Shown piece after piece: positions 22,595 through 33,348 of a stretch of 64,000 nucleotides of DNA. Each line of letters starts with the position of its first letter. The first letter of the stretch is position 1. Origin of the DNA: an uncultured Methanosarcinaceae archaeon (GTDB lineage Archaea; Halobacteriota; Methanosarcinia; Methanosarcinales; Methanosarcinaceae); assembly GCA_963721455.1 (NCBI GenBank), contig CAVRJG010000054.1, positions 175,215-239,214 of the forward strand, given 5' to 3'. A program made the position numbers and the translations under genes. A model generated the notes under the pieces. It was not told the DNA's origin, ran no database searches, and saw only the letters and a program-made list of their open reading frames with translations.

Positions 22595-23260
22595 TTATCC
22601 CCGTATCTCAAATTCAGGCCCGCCGACATCAGCTCTATTGTTGTATCCTCTTTCCTCCCAGTATCCCCTGTAAGGCGAGTCGCGGAGTTCAATTTTTACA
22701 ATCCACTTCGCCCATTTGTACCCATATTTGCCTTCGGCTACAAGCTGAAGAGGAAAACCTCTCTCAGGAGGCAGGGTCACATCATTGAGCCTGTATGCGA
22801 GGATGATGTCTTTTTCTAACAGGTAATCTTTATCGAGAGAGGTAGAATACCCATCCGCACTATAAAAAATAACCGTTGTGGCCTTTTCCATAGCTCCGAC
22901 TTCTTCAAAAAGGTCAGCCATTTTCACTCCAGTCCATTTTGCAGTAAAGCTCCAGCCTTCCACACAGTTCAGGTCCACGACTTTCGAAGTCTGAGGTAAT
23001 CCGGTTATTTCTTCATAAGTAAGGTTTAGAGGGTTTTCCACAAGCCCATTGACCTGCAGCCTGTAGCTATCCCTGTCAATATACTGAGTCCCCTTAATTG
23101 CATTATTTCGCTGTTCCGTAATAGGAGTCAGTGATTTTCCCTGGTAAGAGAGATTTTCAGTCTGGTTGTCATAGGTTCCTGGTCCCTTCCTTTCTGAAAC
23201 ACAACCTGAATTAATAGCAAAAATAACACAAAAGATCAGAAGTAAAAGGATTAGTTTCAT
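22595..23260 (-). CDS. sulfite-oxidase-family molybdopterin-binding protein, predicted lipoprotein
   Basis: CVEGWS Mo-ligand Cys, GFPLQLVAEGKYGYKWAKW, GYWEERGY; N-terminal hydrophobic stretch ending in SGC. Confidence 0.8.
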   Translation of the reverse strand: MKLILLLLIFCVIFAINSGCVSERKGPGTYDNQTENLSYQGKSLTPITEQRNNAIKGTQYIDRDSYRLQVNGLVENPLNLTYEEITGLPQTSKVVDLNCVEGWSFTAKWTGVKMADLFEEVGAMEKATTVIFYSADGYSTSLDKDYLLEKDIILAYRLNDVTLPPERGFPLQLVAEGKYGYKWAKWIVKIELRDSPYRGYWEERGYNNRADVGGPEFEIRG

Positions 23261-23514
23261 GTATTTATCCCCCTCAACTCACTTTTTTTTCATTATCGAC
23301 TCTTTTTCCCCTTAAAATATTCATTCGGCGTGGATAAAGGGATATTTATAAAAGAAAATCCTGAAGTTATGACCTGGATGAAAACAGAATCAGACCTGAA
23401 TGAAAACAGAATCAGTAAAGTGAAAAAAACAAACTGATATATAAATAAGAAGATAAATAAAAAAATAAAACTGAAAATCGAGAGGACTAAAATTAAACAA
23501 AGCCTGAAAAAGTT

Positions 23515-24714
23515 TCAGGCCTCATAATACCCGATTTCTTCTTTCGTAAGGTAACAGGCAGGATCGTCTGCCCAGGCATCTCCGTATACGGCTTCGGCTC
23601 GCACCCTAAAATTCCCGTTGCAAACGTCTAACCATTTGCATCTGGCACAGCGATCTCCGTGGGCCTTGATAAGGGATTTGCGGTTTTTGAGCCCTGCCAT
23701 AAGCTCGTCACTCTCGTCGGTCCAGATTTCACTGAACGGACGTTCCCGTATATTTCCAAAGGAGTGATGTCTCCAGAACTGATCAGCATGTACCGAGCCG
23801 TCCCAGGATACGCATCCTATCCCGATTCCTGAAGAGTTTCCCTGGTTCATGGAGAGGAGTTCGAATACCTCTGCAGCCCTTTCCGGATTTTCCTCAAGAA
23901 GTTTCATATACAGGTAGGGGCCGTCGCAGTGGTTGTCCACGGTCAGGACTTCTGCAGGGAAACCTTTTTCGTGAAGTCTTCTTGTCCTCTCGAGTATCAG
24001 GTCTACAGCCTGCCTGGATTCCTCGAGGGAGAGATCTTCACTTACCATTTCCGAACCCCTGCCTGCATAAACCAGGTGATAGAAACATATTCTCGGAATT
24101 TTATCTTCTTCAAGAAGGTCAAAGATTGCAGGAATATCTTTGACGTTTTGCTTATTGATGGTAAAACGCAAGCCCACCTTTATGCCTTCTTCCTGGCAAT
24201 TGTGGAGGCCCCTGAGAGCTGCATCGAATGCTCCCTTCATCCCCCGGAATCTGTCATTTGTCTCCCTTATCCCGTCCAGGGAAACTCCCACGTAAGAGAG
24301 CCCAACGTCCTTTAACTTTTTTGCCATGTCCCGGTCTATGAGCGTCCCGTTTGTAGAAATTACCGCTCTCAGCCCTTTTTCCCGGGCATAGGCAGCAAGT
24401 TCGGGAAGGTCTTTTCTCAGGGTCGGTTCCCCTCCGGAAAAAAGGATTACAGGACTTCCAAAATTTGCAAGGTCATCGATAAGAGCCTTGCCTTCCCCGG
24501 TAGAAAGCTCGTTTTCAAATTCCATATCCTTTGCCTGGGCATAACAATGGACGCATTTCAGGTTGCAGCGGCGGGTCATGTTCCAGACTACCACAGGTTT
24601 TTTGTCTTTTGAAAACTGCAGCAGGTGAGAGGGAAGCTTCTTTGATTCCCTTCCATAGCGGAGGGCGTCAGAAGGTTCCACGGTTCCGCAGTAGAGTTTT
24701 GAAATACCTATCAT
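23515..24714 (-). CDS. ahbC: radical SAM Fe-coproporphyrin synthase AhbC (NirJ1-like)
   Basis: CNLKCVHC radical SAM motif, C-terminal SPASM cysteines, MIGISKLYCG N-terminus, next to hemD and cobA. Confidence 0.85.
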   Translation of the reverse strand: MIGISKLYCGTVEPSDALRYGRESKKLPSHLLQFSKDKKPVVVWNMTRRCNLKCVHCYAQAKDMEFENELSTGEGKALIDDLANFGSPVILFSGGEPTLRKDLPELAAYAREKGLRAVISTNGTLIDRDMAKKLKDVGLSYVGVSLDGIRETNDRFRGMKGAFDAALRGLHNCQEEGIKVGLRFTINKQNVKDIPAIFDLLEEDKIPRICFYHLVYAGRGSEMVSEDLSLEESRQAVDLILERTRRLHEKGFPAEVLTVDNHCDGPYLYMKLLEENPERAAEVFELLSMNQGNSSGIGIGCVSWDGSVHADQFWRHHSFGNIRERPFSEIWTDESDELMAGLKNRKSLIKAHGDRCARCKWLDVCNGNFRVRAEAVYGDAWADDPACYLTKEEIGYYEA

Positions 24715-24894
24715 GTCGATCCTTCAAGTTTAAAATTGTTTTTCAAAATCTTAAGTATTGTTTTTTGAACCGATTTTTCAGGGCAGGCTTTTATTTATCG
24801 GTTTTATTGGCCTTTATCGGTTTTTATCGGTTCTTAAAACAAATCCAGTTAAACGCCAGTGATCTCTTCAGGGAAAGTCTTTCAGCGCAATTCC

Positions 24895-25698
24895 TCAAAG
24901 CCGGTTTTTCATGGCTTTTAATAGCGCTTCGAAAGTGAACTCGTCGGGAATTACGTTTGCATTGACTCCATGTTTCTTCAGGGTATTTCCTGTCGGAGTT
25001 CCTATTGCACCTACAACTGCCCTGTTAAGGGTCTCTTTTATGGTTTCTCCTGCTCCCAGCTGTTCCGCATGTTTCATAAAGCCTTTAACCATCATTGAAC
25101 TTGTAAAGGCAAAAGCGTCCACTTCCCCTGCAAGGGTGCGTTCTATCAGCTCTTTTTGAATAGCTCCCTCGGGAATACTGAGAGTATACACATGAGTCTC
25201 ATAAACTGTAGCTCCGCATCTTTCGAGCCCTTCTATCAAGACTTTGGCTCCAAAGGCGCTCCTTGCAAGGTCCACTGTTTTCCCATTTACTTCGGGGCAG
25301 AGAGCCTCTACAATTCCCTCGGAGCTGTAGTCCCCTGGCAAAAAGGGGTTGTCAATTCCTATTTTTATGAGTTCTTTTTCCGTATTAGGACCAATTGCGA
25401 TTACCCTGCTTTTATTCAGCGCTGTGATAAAGTTTTCTTTTTCAGTTTCAGAGAGTTTGTCCAGGGTAAAAGTTATTCCGTTTGCGCTGGTAAAGACAAC
25501 GTAGTTAGACGTTCCGGCAAGGACTCTCTGTACGAAGGGCTCAAAACCTTCATCTTTCATGCCCTCAAGCTTTATCATAGGGACATATATTGGTTTAAAA
25601 CCATAATCCCGGGCAAGTGCCTCCGATTTTTCCCTGTAACTTTCAGGCCTCATAATTGCAAGGACTGGTGTTTTTGCCTTCTTCTGTTCTCCTGTCAT
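24895..25698 (-). CDS. hemD: uroporphyrinogen-III synthase
   Basis: VFTSANG, AIGPNT, FTSS, IGTPT; gene context. Confidence 0.9.
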   Translation of the reverse strand: MTGEQKKAKTPVLAIMRPESYREKSEALARDYGFKPIYVPMIKLEGMKDEGFEPFVQRVLAGTSNYVVFTSANGITFTLDKLSETEKENFITALNKSRVIAIGPNTEKELIKIGIDNPFLPGDYSSEGIVEALCPEVNGKTVDLARSAFGAKVLIEGLERCGATVYETHVYTLSIPEGAIQKELIERTLAGEVDAFAFTSSMMVKGFMKHAEQLGAGETIKETLNRAVVGAIGTPTGNTLKKHGVNANVIPDEFTFEALLKAMKNRL

Positions 25699-25719
25699 AT
25701 CCTGATCCCTTCGCGTCCG

Positions 25720-26487
25720 TTAAAATTCAGTCCCTGTGTGCTGCTCCCCAAGGATGTTATGAAGATTGACCACGTCTCCTACGACTGTGATGGCAGGAGC
25801 CTTCACTTTTCGCTCTTCTGCCAGGTTGGCAATGTTTTCAAGGGTTCCTACTGTTACCCGCTGGTCAGGCCGGGTTCCTTTCTCTATGACCGCAACCGGG
25901 GTTTTTGGATTCTTGCCGTGCTTCATGAGCTCTTCGGTATTTCGCCTGAGCATCTTTACGCCCATAAAGATCACAAGAGTTCCCTCGAATTTTGCCAGGG
26001 TCTCCCAATCAAGTCCGCTCTCCTCCTTTGTGGGGTCCTCGTGTCCGGTTATGAAAGTGACCATAGATGTGCTTTCCCTGTGGGTTACCGGAATTCCCGC
26101 ATAAGCAGGCACTGCAATTGCAGAAGTTATCCCTGGCACGATTTCGAATTCGATGCCTTCTGCTACAAGCACCTCGGCTTCTTCGCCTCCCCTTCCGAAT
26201 ACATAGGGGTCCCCACCTTTCAGCCGGACCACATTCTTGCCTTCTTTTGCTTTCTGCACAAGCACTTCATTGATTTCGGACTGGGTCATCGTGTGGTTGC
26301 CAGCATATTTCCCAACATCGATTTTTTCCGCATTTTCCGGCATGGATCCCAGGATAGCTTTTCCCGGAAGCTGGTCGAAGACGATGACTTCTGCACTGTC
26401 TATGAGCCGGCGGGCTTTCAGGGTAAGGAGTTCGGGGTCTCCGGGACCCGAACCCACAAGGTAAACTTTTCCGTAATTTCCTGACAT
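25720..26487 (-). CDS. cobA: uroporphyrinogen-III C-methyltransferase
   Basis: VYLVGSGPGDPELLT, RLKGGDPYVFGRGGEE, VPGITS. Confidence 0.95.
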   Translation of the reverse strand: MSGNYGKVYLVGSGPGDPELLTLKARRLIDSAEVIVFDQLPGKAILGSMPENAEKIDVGKYAGNHTMTQSEINEVLVQKAKEGKNVVRLKGGDPYVFGRGGEEAEVLVAEGIEFEIVPGITSAIAVPAYAGIPVTHRESTSMVTFITGHEDPTKEESGLDWETLAKFEGTLVIFMGVKMLRRNTEELMKHGKNPKTPVAVIEKGTRPDQRVTVGTLENIANLAEERKVKAPAITVVGDVVNLHNILGEQHTGTEF

Positions 26488-26900
26488 GTGAAGAGGTTCC
26501 TTTATGATTTTTGGATAGAAATGTGTAATCTGGAGAAGGTTAACGAGTTTTTAGAATATATAATATGCTGAAAATAGAGCCAAAAGTTGTGCATTTGTGT
26601 TTGCACTCTGTAAATCCAAACCCTCTGTATTCTTTTTATTTTTACAATCTGAAAATTTCCAGTCTTTTGGTTTTCATTAGCTGAGAATCTGGAAGTTCGT
26701 GAGTATATTATCAGGTGCATTTTATCAGGAGCATTTTTCAGAAATCCTGTTTCGAAAGTTATATGGATTTCTTAGATGCAATTATATATTTGTATTTTTA
26801 TTAAATATACTGAAATATATTTGGTATGCATATAATTTGGTATTCATCGGAGCTCCGACATGTGAGCAAGAATTCCAAAATAAATTGGGAGTGGGAAATA

Positions 26901-28775
26901 TTGAGCGAACTTGAACTTCTGCCGCTCCATAAGCTTGGAGCCTGGGAAGATGAACAGAATTCCGGGGTAATAAATTTCGGGATTTTTTTACCAGGAATCT
27001 CGAAAAAATGGGGAAATAAGCTATGGGTGAAGGTTATTCATGAAAAGGATCAGTTCCTTCAGGATATACCACCCAAGAACTTTGAAATGGAACATTCAGA
27101 GGACCTCGAATATGGGGATTACTGGTCTAGAACAATAAATATCGAATCTAAAGATAAGCCAGAACCAGATTCTGCATGGGGGACCCCCGGAAAATATGTC
27201 TATCGATATTGTCTTAAAAACTCAAACAAACAAGATCCTATTGACTGGATTATCGATCCCTTTGCTAGAGAATTCGGGGTAGGAAAATTATCCGCTTTCA
27301 CCCTGGGGTACGAACATTATGAATGGGACAAACATGAGCTGGCATGGAAAACACCTTCAATAAATGATATTGTCCTCTACGAACTCATGATCAATGAGTT
27401 TGCGGCTGATATAGAGGGAACGATTGGCCACCTGGATTACCTTGCAGATCTTGGAATAAATTGTATAGAGCTGATGCCTCTTTCCAACGTTGAGAAGAGG
27501 GTGGACTGGGGGTTTGAGCCAATCGGGTATTTCGGTGTGGATGAACGTTTCGGAAATAGCAAGGACATGCAAAAGTTGATTGATGAGGCCCACCAGAGAG
27601 ACCTCGCAGTCATAGTGGATTCCGTCTATGCCCACACCAGTGAACTTTTTCCGTATTACTATGTTTACAATAAACTTGAATACCCTCAAGATAAAAACCC
27701 CTTTATGGGTCCGTTCGCTAAAAATGAATATGGGATAAGTACGGACTTCAACCATAAATTTACCAGCGACTTCTTTTTGACAGTCAACAACCACTGGCTT
27801 GACTGTTATCATATAGACGGTTTTAGATATGACTACGTGCCCGGGTACTGGCTGGAAGATTCAGAAAATGGCTACACGAAACTGGTAAAGGATACGTACC
27901 ATCTGGTCAAAGCAAAAAAAGGTTCTCCCGATCACTGGCAACGGTTTTTTAACGGCAAGTCCATAAATCTCATCCAGTGTGCCGAACAGCTTGAAAAACC
28001 TGTAGAAATCCTGAATAAAACCTACAGTAACTGCACCTGGCAAAACGGAACCCTGAATGTGGCCAGGGAAGTAGCTGGTAATCCTGGCAAGTTGACTGAC
28101 TTAGGCTGTCTTTTTGGTCTAATTAATTTTCCGCCGGCAGAAGTTCAGAACAACGGGGATAATATCACAAAAACTGCACTCCAATATATAGAAAACCACG
28201 ATCATTCCCGGTTTATCTGTAATTTTGGAACAACTGCCAGTGATAATGAACTTTTGAAGGAAGGCGATCGCGCCCTCTGGTATAAGGTACAGCCTTACCT
28301 TATAGGCATGTTCACAGCAAAGGGCATTCCCATGTTATGGCAGGGGCAGGAATTCGGAGAAAATTACTGGCTTCCCCAGGAAGGGTGGGGAAGAGTGCTT
28401 TTGTACAGACCTGTGCGCTGGGATTATTTTTACACTTCTGAAGGCATGCCCCTGATCCACCTCGTCAGGAAACTGGTTAAGATTCGAAGAAATAACCCTC
28501 AGTTTACCAGAGGAGATCATTTCTTTTACAACGATTATTCTCAATATCAGTCCCGGCATGTCATGCTGTTTTCCCGGACACATGGGAAAGTTTTCAGCCT
28601 GGTAGCATTAAACTTCGGAGACGTGGATCAGGTGGTGCCTTTCAAGTTCCCATCTGGAGGCAATTACAGGGAAGAACTTCACGGCCAGGATAATTTAAAG
28701 GTAGTTTCTGCGGGGGAGGAATTGCAGCTTATCGTTCCCAGCAACTATGGGAGGATCTGGACATTGGAAGTTTGA
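26901..28775 (+). CDS. GH13 alpha-amylase-family glycoside hydrolase (branching-enzyme/trehalohydrolase-like)
   Basis: LGINCIELMP, WGFEP, DSVYAH, DGFRYD (nucleophile), AEQ (acid/base), ENHD; likely TTG start at 26901 after GGGAGTGG. Confidence 0.85.
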   Translation: MSELELLPLHKLGAWEDEQNSGVINFGIFLPGISKKWGNKLWVKVIHEKDQFLQDIPPKNFEMEHSEDLEYGDYWSRTINIESKDKPEPDSAWGTPGKYVYRYCLKNSNKQDPIDWIIDPFAREFGVGKLSAFTLGYEHYEWDKHELAWKTPSINDIVLYELMINEFAADIEGTIGHLDYLADLGINCIELMPLSNVEKRVDWGFEPIGYFGVDERFGNSKDMQKLIDEAHQRDLAVIVDSVYAHTSELFPYYYVYNKLEYPQDKNPFMGPFAKNEYGISTDFNHKFTSDFFLTVNNHWLDCYHIDGFRYDYVPGYWLEDSENGYTKLVKDTYHLVKAKKGSPDHWQRFFNGKSINLIQCAEQLEKPVEILNKTYSNCTWQNGTLNVAREVAGNPGKLTDLGCLFGLINFPPAEVQNNGDNITKTALQYIENHDHSRFICNFGTTASDNELLKEGDRALWYKVQPYLIGMFTAKGIPMLWQGQEFGENYWLPQEGWGRVLLYRPVRWDYFYTSEGMPLIHLVRKLVKIRRNNPQFTRGDHFFYNDYSQYQSRHVMLFSRTHGKVFSLVALNFGDVDQVVPFKFPSGGNYREELHGQDNLKVVSAGEELQLIVPSNYGRIWTLEV

Positions 28776-28905
28776 TACATATGCTGACACAAACATCTTT
28801 CTGAAGGCGGAGGTTCAAGTTAAACAGCTTGAATTCATGATGGGTTTCTCCTGTGCTTTTCGGGTGGTAATCAATAAATACCTCTTGAGTATTAGTGAGT
28901 TCAGT

Positions 28906-29823
28906 ATGCTTCGCATAATTTTTCTTGGTACTGGAGGCTCTTTGCCTACCCGCAACAGAAATCCATCCGCGGTAATGGTCAACCGGGAAGGAGAGCTTAT
29001 CCTGTTTGACTGCGGAGAAGGCACCCAGCAGCAGATGATGCGGGCAAAGACAGGGATGATGAGCCTGTCCTCTATTTTTGTCAGTCATTTCCATGCGGAC
29101 CATTTCCTGGGAATTCCTGGCCTGATCCAGACAATGTCTTTCATGGGCAGAAAAGAGCCTCTTATGATCTACGGCCCGGAGGGAACAGGAGAATTTACTG
29201 AACTCTTTAAAGCTCTTGGCTATTTCAACCTTAAATACGAGGTTCGGGGCGTCCAGCTGAATCCCGGAGATATTGTGGAAGGAGACGATTATGTAATCCG
29301 GGCTTTAAAGACCGAACACAGTATTCCGAGTCTCGGATATGCCCTTGTAGAAAATCCTCGCCCAGGGCGTTTCAACAGGGAAAGAGCAGTCGAACTGGGC
29401 ATTCCGCCTGGTCCTCTTTTCGCAAAACTTCAAAAAGGAAACCCTGTAGAAGTGAATGGAATACTCGTAAAACCCGAAGATGTAATGGGAGCCCTGAGGC
29501 CTGGAAGGACTGTTGTATATAGCGGGGATACCAGGCCCTGCGAGTCCGTCCTCGAAGCCAGCAGGGGTGCAGATGTGCTGATTCATGACGGCAGCTTTGC
29601 CAACGAGATGGCAGACTGGGCGGAAGAGTCTAAACATTCGACCGCAGGGGAAGTTGCAGCCCTCGCAAAAGAAGCCGGGGTCAGGAAACTGATCCTTACC
29701 CATATTAGTTCTCGTTATACAGATGATGCTGAGCCCATCCTGACAGATTCGAAAGAAATATTTGAAGACGTGATTGTAGCCGAAGACCTGATGGAAATTG
29801 AAATCCCGTACAGGAAGGAATGA
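28906..29823 (+). CDS. rnz: ribonuclease Z
   Basis: FLGTGG, DCGEGTQ, SHFHADH, SGDT, HST, THISSRY; start trimmed to ATG 28906. Confidence 0.95.
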   Translation: MLRIIFLGTGGSLPTRNRNPSAVMVNREGELILFDCGEGTQQQMMRAKTGMMSLSSIFVSHFHADHFLGIPGLIQTMSFMGRKEPLMIYGPEGTGEFTELFKALGYFNLKYEVRGVQLNPGDIVEGDDYVIRALKTEHSIPSLGYALVENPRPGRFNRERAVELGIPPGPLFAKLQKGNPVEVNGILVKPEDVMGALRPGRTVVYSGDTRPCESVLEASRGADVLIHDGSFANEMADWAEESKHSTAGEVAALAKEAGVRKLILTHISSRYTDDAEPILTDSKEIFEDVIVAEDLMEIEIPYRKE

Positions 29824-29979
29824 GCCTTTTGATTTAGATATAAAAAGAAGAGACGGACTATTCTGAAAAAGAAGCTTTCAAAGAGGATTCTAAAAATTCA
29901 GAACTCCCTTAAAGAGAGTTATAGAAGTTATTGAGATCTTCTACCTGAAAATTGCAGCAGAAAAGAATAGGTAGCAGAA

Positions 29980-30035
29980 ATAATCTGCATTATTAATCTC
30001 TGCATTATTAATCTGCATTATTAATCTGCATTATA
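29980..30035 (+). repeat. tandem 13-bp repeat TAATCTGCATTAT x4
   Basis: Read directly between the convergent rnz and 86-aa ORF; one unit has a 2-nt insertion. Confidence 0.85.
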
Positions 30036-30051
30036 ATAGAATCGGATTAAC

Positions 30052-30312
30052 TCAAACAAGAGTCCAATCCAGCTTTTTGTCTTCGGCATCGTAGAGTGTA
30101 ACTCTCATTGTTTTGTCTTCTACCTCATAGACAGGCTTGATACCTAAATAGAGAGTGTCGCCGTGGCTAATATTGAGTTCGCCATTCACTCTTCCGAAGT
30201 ATACCCTGCCTTTAGTACCGTTTTCTTCTACTGTTATACCTTTCCAGACCAGGTTCTGGATTACGTTTATAACTCTACACTCAAACCGGTCGACTTCACG
30301 TATATCATTCAT
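30052..30312 (-). CDS. hypothetical beta-rich small protein (OB-like)
   Basis: 86-aa ORF with ATG and natural protein composition; no recognisable catalytic motif. Confidence 0.65.
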   Translation of the reverse strand: MNDIREVDRFECRVINVIQNLVWKGITVEENGTKGRVYFGRVNGELNISHGDTLYLGIKPVYEVEDKTMRVTLYDAEDKKLDWTLV

Positions 30313-31181
30313 GGGAATCCCTTTTAATGCTTAGTTCGTATCTCATTAAGACCTTATTCAAATACATTTCTGTTAGACAATAACGATTTTTATACATAAA
30401 ACTATTCCCGGTTTTTCAGGGAAAGAAGAAAGGCATGTGAAAGCACGACACTTTTAAAATTAGTGCTTTAAGAACCAGGTGCTTCCTCATTAAGAAGTGT
30501 ATATTTTGAGAGGCCTTCAATTTAATATTTTTCTTAATCTCTATTTATTTTGAGTAAACAAACGTAGGTGGCCCATCAGTAATAGGTTGATATTTTTCAG
30601 AACATTCACATACCTGCTTTCTGCACCTTATTTTCCGCGCCATGTACGTTTATTCTTTGATTACTGCATGTATGCTCTTGCGAAATAGCTTCTTATTATG
30701 AGCAGGATATGCAAGTCCGCTTTTTTAGAGAAATGTTTGATTATCCCACAGCAGAGTAAAAGACACCTGGAAACTGAGTAAGGATTTAATTATCCTTAAC
30801 AGCTTCCACCAGTTGACAGCTTTACCGGTACAAATTTCCACAACCAACTGCTTCGTAAATGATTTTATTAACGGTCGTCATCCAGCTTCTAATCATAAAC
30901 TTTTCCATAAGATTGATGTTTATCTCTTTAGCGTGGTCGCTTTCCAACTGGGAAATTATAATTAACCCATGCAAAACAACGAAGAGCCCTGCTTTTCTTT
31001 ATTAGGTGGATTGCGCTCTGGCTTGCTTCTCCAGAAGGCTCGGCTCTACAGCAATAGGGAACTTTTTTCTAAGCTCACCTGTGTGCAGAAAGCCAGAATA
31101 TACACAACGCGGAAAATGAGGACGGAATGCGAGTATGTGTATATTCTGGAAAAATATCAATTTATATCTGGTTTTTACAGC

Positions 31182-32300
31182 TTAAACATAGAGTTCAGAA
31201 GGATCTTGAGGGAGTCCTGTTTTGCCAAGTTTTGCAAGGGCTTTTTCGAAATCCTTACCTGTTACTATTTCCCTGTCTTCGATAATTGCCTGGTGGAGGG
31301 CTGTCTTCAAAATCTTTTCCACAAGGTCCCTGCCCGAAAGTCCTTTTGTTTTATTTGCAAGAGCCTGGAAATCGTAGTCTTCTACAGGCAAGGGGAAGGT
31401 TTTCACATTTGATTCGAATATCCTGAGAACCTCTTCTTCTCCAGGGAGAACAAATTCGATCTCTTCTTCAAACCTGCTTCTTACAGCAGAGTCCAGGGAA
31501 TGAATCCGGTTTGTGGAGCAGATAGTACATACTCCATCGCGTTCCACTATACCATCCATTTCGGTCAGAAGAGCGTTTACGATCTCACTTACGTCTCCTC
31601 TTAACTCCTGGAATTTCCTGTCCAGGGCTATGGCATCAAGTTCGTCAATGAAAATGATACATGGAGCCATTTCTTCTGCCCGGTCGTAGAGCTGGTGGAT
31701 CTGGCGGGCTCCATCCCCCACGAATTCCCCTATAAGCTGGGTGGCTTTTACAGGAATGATGGGCACATCGGTTTTGTTTGCAAGGGCTTTTGCAAGCATT
31801 GTTTTTCCGGTGCCTGAGGGCCCGTAAAAGAGAATATTTCTTGGTGCCCATTTCCCGAAACGTTCGGGCTCTTCGAGGAAGCGTTCGATCAGCCTGCACT
31901 TTTGCTTTGCAAGTTCCTGCCCGACTACGTCTTCAAACATAACGCTGCTCTTTATTTCCGTAGACGAGGGAAGGCCGTTTTCCTCCTCAGTTACGATAAT
32001 TGAGGTTGAGTTTCCTATCATGGATTCTGCAGGTTCCACATCTATAATTCGGTAAGCAAAATCCGGAAACATCCGTCGGTCAAAGAGATAATCTCCTTTG
32101 CGGGCAACACACCCATTCCACTGTTCCCTAGCATAGAATTCAAAAACATCCCTATTTTCAATAACAGGATATTCGTCCATCATGCCGCTTAACGGATAAC
32201 CTTCAGGCTTCAGAATAAGAAGCTCGGAAGTAGACTTCACAAACTCGGTATTGTTTTCATGAGTCTTTTTCGCGTTCACTCTTTGTGAGACTGGTCGCAC
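31182..32300 (-). CDS. archaeal single-domain AAA+ ATPase
   Basis: GPSGTGKT, IFIDELD, second region of homology TNRIHSLDSAVRSRF. Confidence 0.9.
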   Translation of the reverse strand: MRPVSQRVNAKKTHENNTEFVKSTSELLILKPEGYPLSGMMDEYPVIENRDVFEFYAREQWNGCVARKGDYLFDRRMFPDFAYRIIDVEPAESMIGNSTSIIVTEEENGLPSSTEIKSSVMFEDVVGQELAKQKCRLIERFLEEPERFGKWAPRNILFYGPSGTGKTMLAKALANKTDVPIIPVKATQLIGEFVGDGARQIHQLYDRAEEMAPCIIFIDELDAIALDRKFQELRGDVSEIVNALLTEMDGIVERDGVCTICSTNRIHSLDSAVRSRFEEEIEFVLPGEEEVLRIFESNVKTFPLPVEDYDFQALANKTKGLSGRDLVEKILKTALHQAIIEDREIVTGKDFEKALAKLGKTGLPQDPSELYV

Positions 32301-32574
32301 TTTGTAATCAACTCGAATACTTTTTAATCAACTCGAATACTTTTCTATACCACTATAGTAATCCGAAGAGCTAATAAAATTAACCCTATAAACCAATCAG
32401 GATATTCGACTGCGAAAGGCTCACCTTATTCGTGGAGCTAAGAAAATGACCTTCTGAAACATTGCTATCAAGGCATTCTAGAGGCAGCCATCTGTCAGGT
32501 CTGTTCTCAGGGCCTCAGGTAATTATTATATATTCAGATATTCAATTTACCAGTGTATATGTCCTGAGAGACAT

Positions 32575-32642
32575 TATATGAGTGCAAAATATTTATATGG
32601 GTGTAAAATAGTTATGTAAGTGTAAAATATTTGTATGAGTAG
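32575..32642 (+). repeat. tandem ~19-bp degenerate repeat (TATATGAGTGCAAAATATT-like) x3.5
   Basis: tatatgagtgcaaaatatt / tatatgggtgtaaaatagt / tatgtaagtgtaaaatatt / tgtatgagtag. Confidence 0.75.
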
Positions 32643-32992
32643 ACAGATAAATGATTTATTATTTGAAATATGCTTGAATCACCGGTTATGTAAAATAACA
32701 GGTTTTCTAAAGGTTCTAATGTTGGAATTTTAAGATTGTGGCCCTTTGTGATGCGCATGAAGGTCTGATTTGAAAGAGAAAGCTAATATATTAGATAAAT
32801 AATATAAAACTCTCAATTATTGAATTAAGATTATTTTCAAGCATCGTTTGAAAATTTATGGCTAATGTCTGGTAAATTACCTGGCTAATATATTTATGTA
32901 TCAATTCCTAAAATTGTACAGTAATGTTACGTTGGTAATATAGCAGACTAACGACTTAAGAATCTCAGTACTAGATAATGTAGTTTCAGAGC

Positions 32993-33190
32993 ATGATTTT
33001 TATGTTTACTATGGAGAACACGGAAGGTTTCGACCAGAAAACTCTTGATAAGATGAACGCTGAAGTCAAGAAAACTATGAGCAAGCACGATCCGAAGTCA
33101 AAAGAATACAAAAAAATATTTGAACAGATTGAAGATCAGGTCTTCGACAAATACTGTTCCGAGGTGTTCAGGCCCTCTCTCAAACTTTGA
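32993..33190 (+). CDS. small hypothetical helical protein
   Basis: Charged, protein-like 59-65 aa ORF followed by a T-rich terminator-like tract. Confidence 0.6.
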   Translation: MIFMFTMENTEGFDQKTLDKMNAEVKKTMSKHDPKSKEYKKIFEQIEDQVFDKYCSEVFRPSLKL

Positions 33191-33348
33191 TAATTTACCG
33201 TTCCGTAAATACTGCGCCGGTAAATTTTTATTTTTATTTTTTTACTTAGCTTTTAATTTTCATCTGATTTAATTCCTTTAATTTTGTCCTGTTTTGGGTT
33301 TAACCCGTATCGATAACTTTTTTATATTCCTGCTTCTTATTCTCAATT

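Noticed and set aside
25156-26484. 442-aa plus-strand ORF
   Set aside because: Antisense shadow of cobA/hemD with no motifs; the same applies to 11617..12375, 21515..22369 and 35790..36455.
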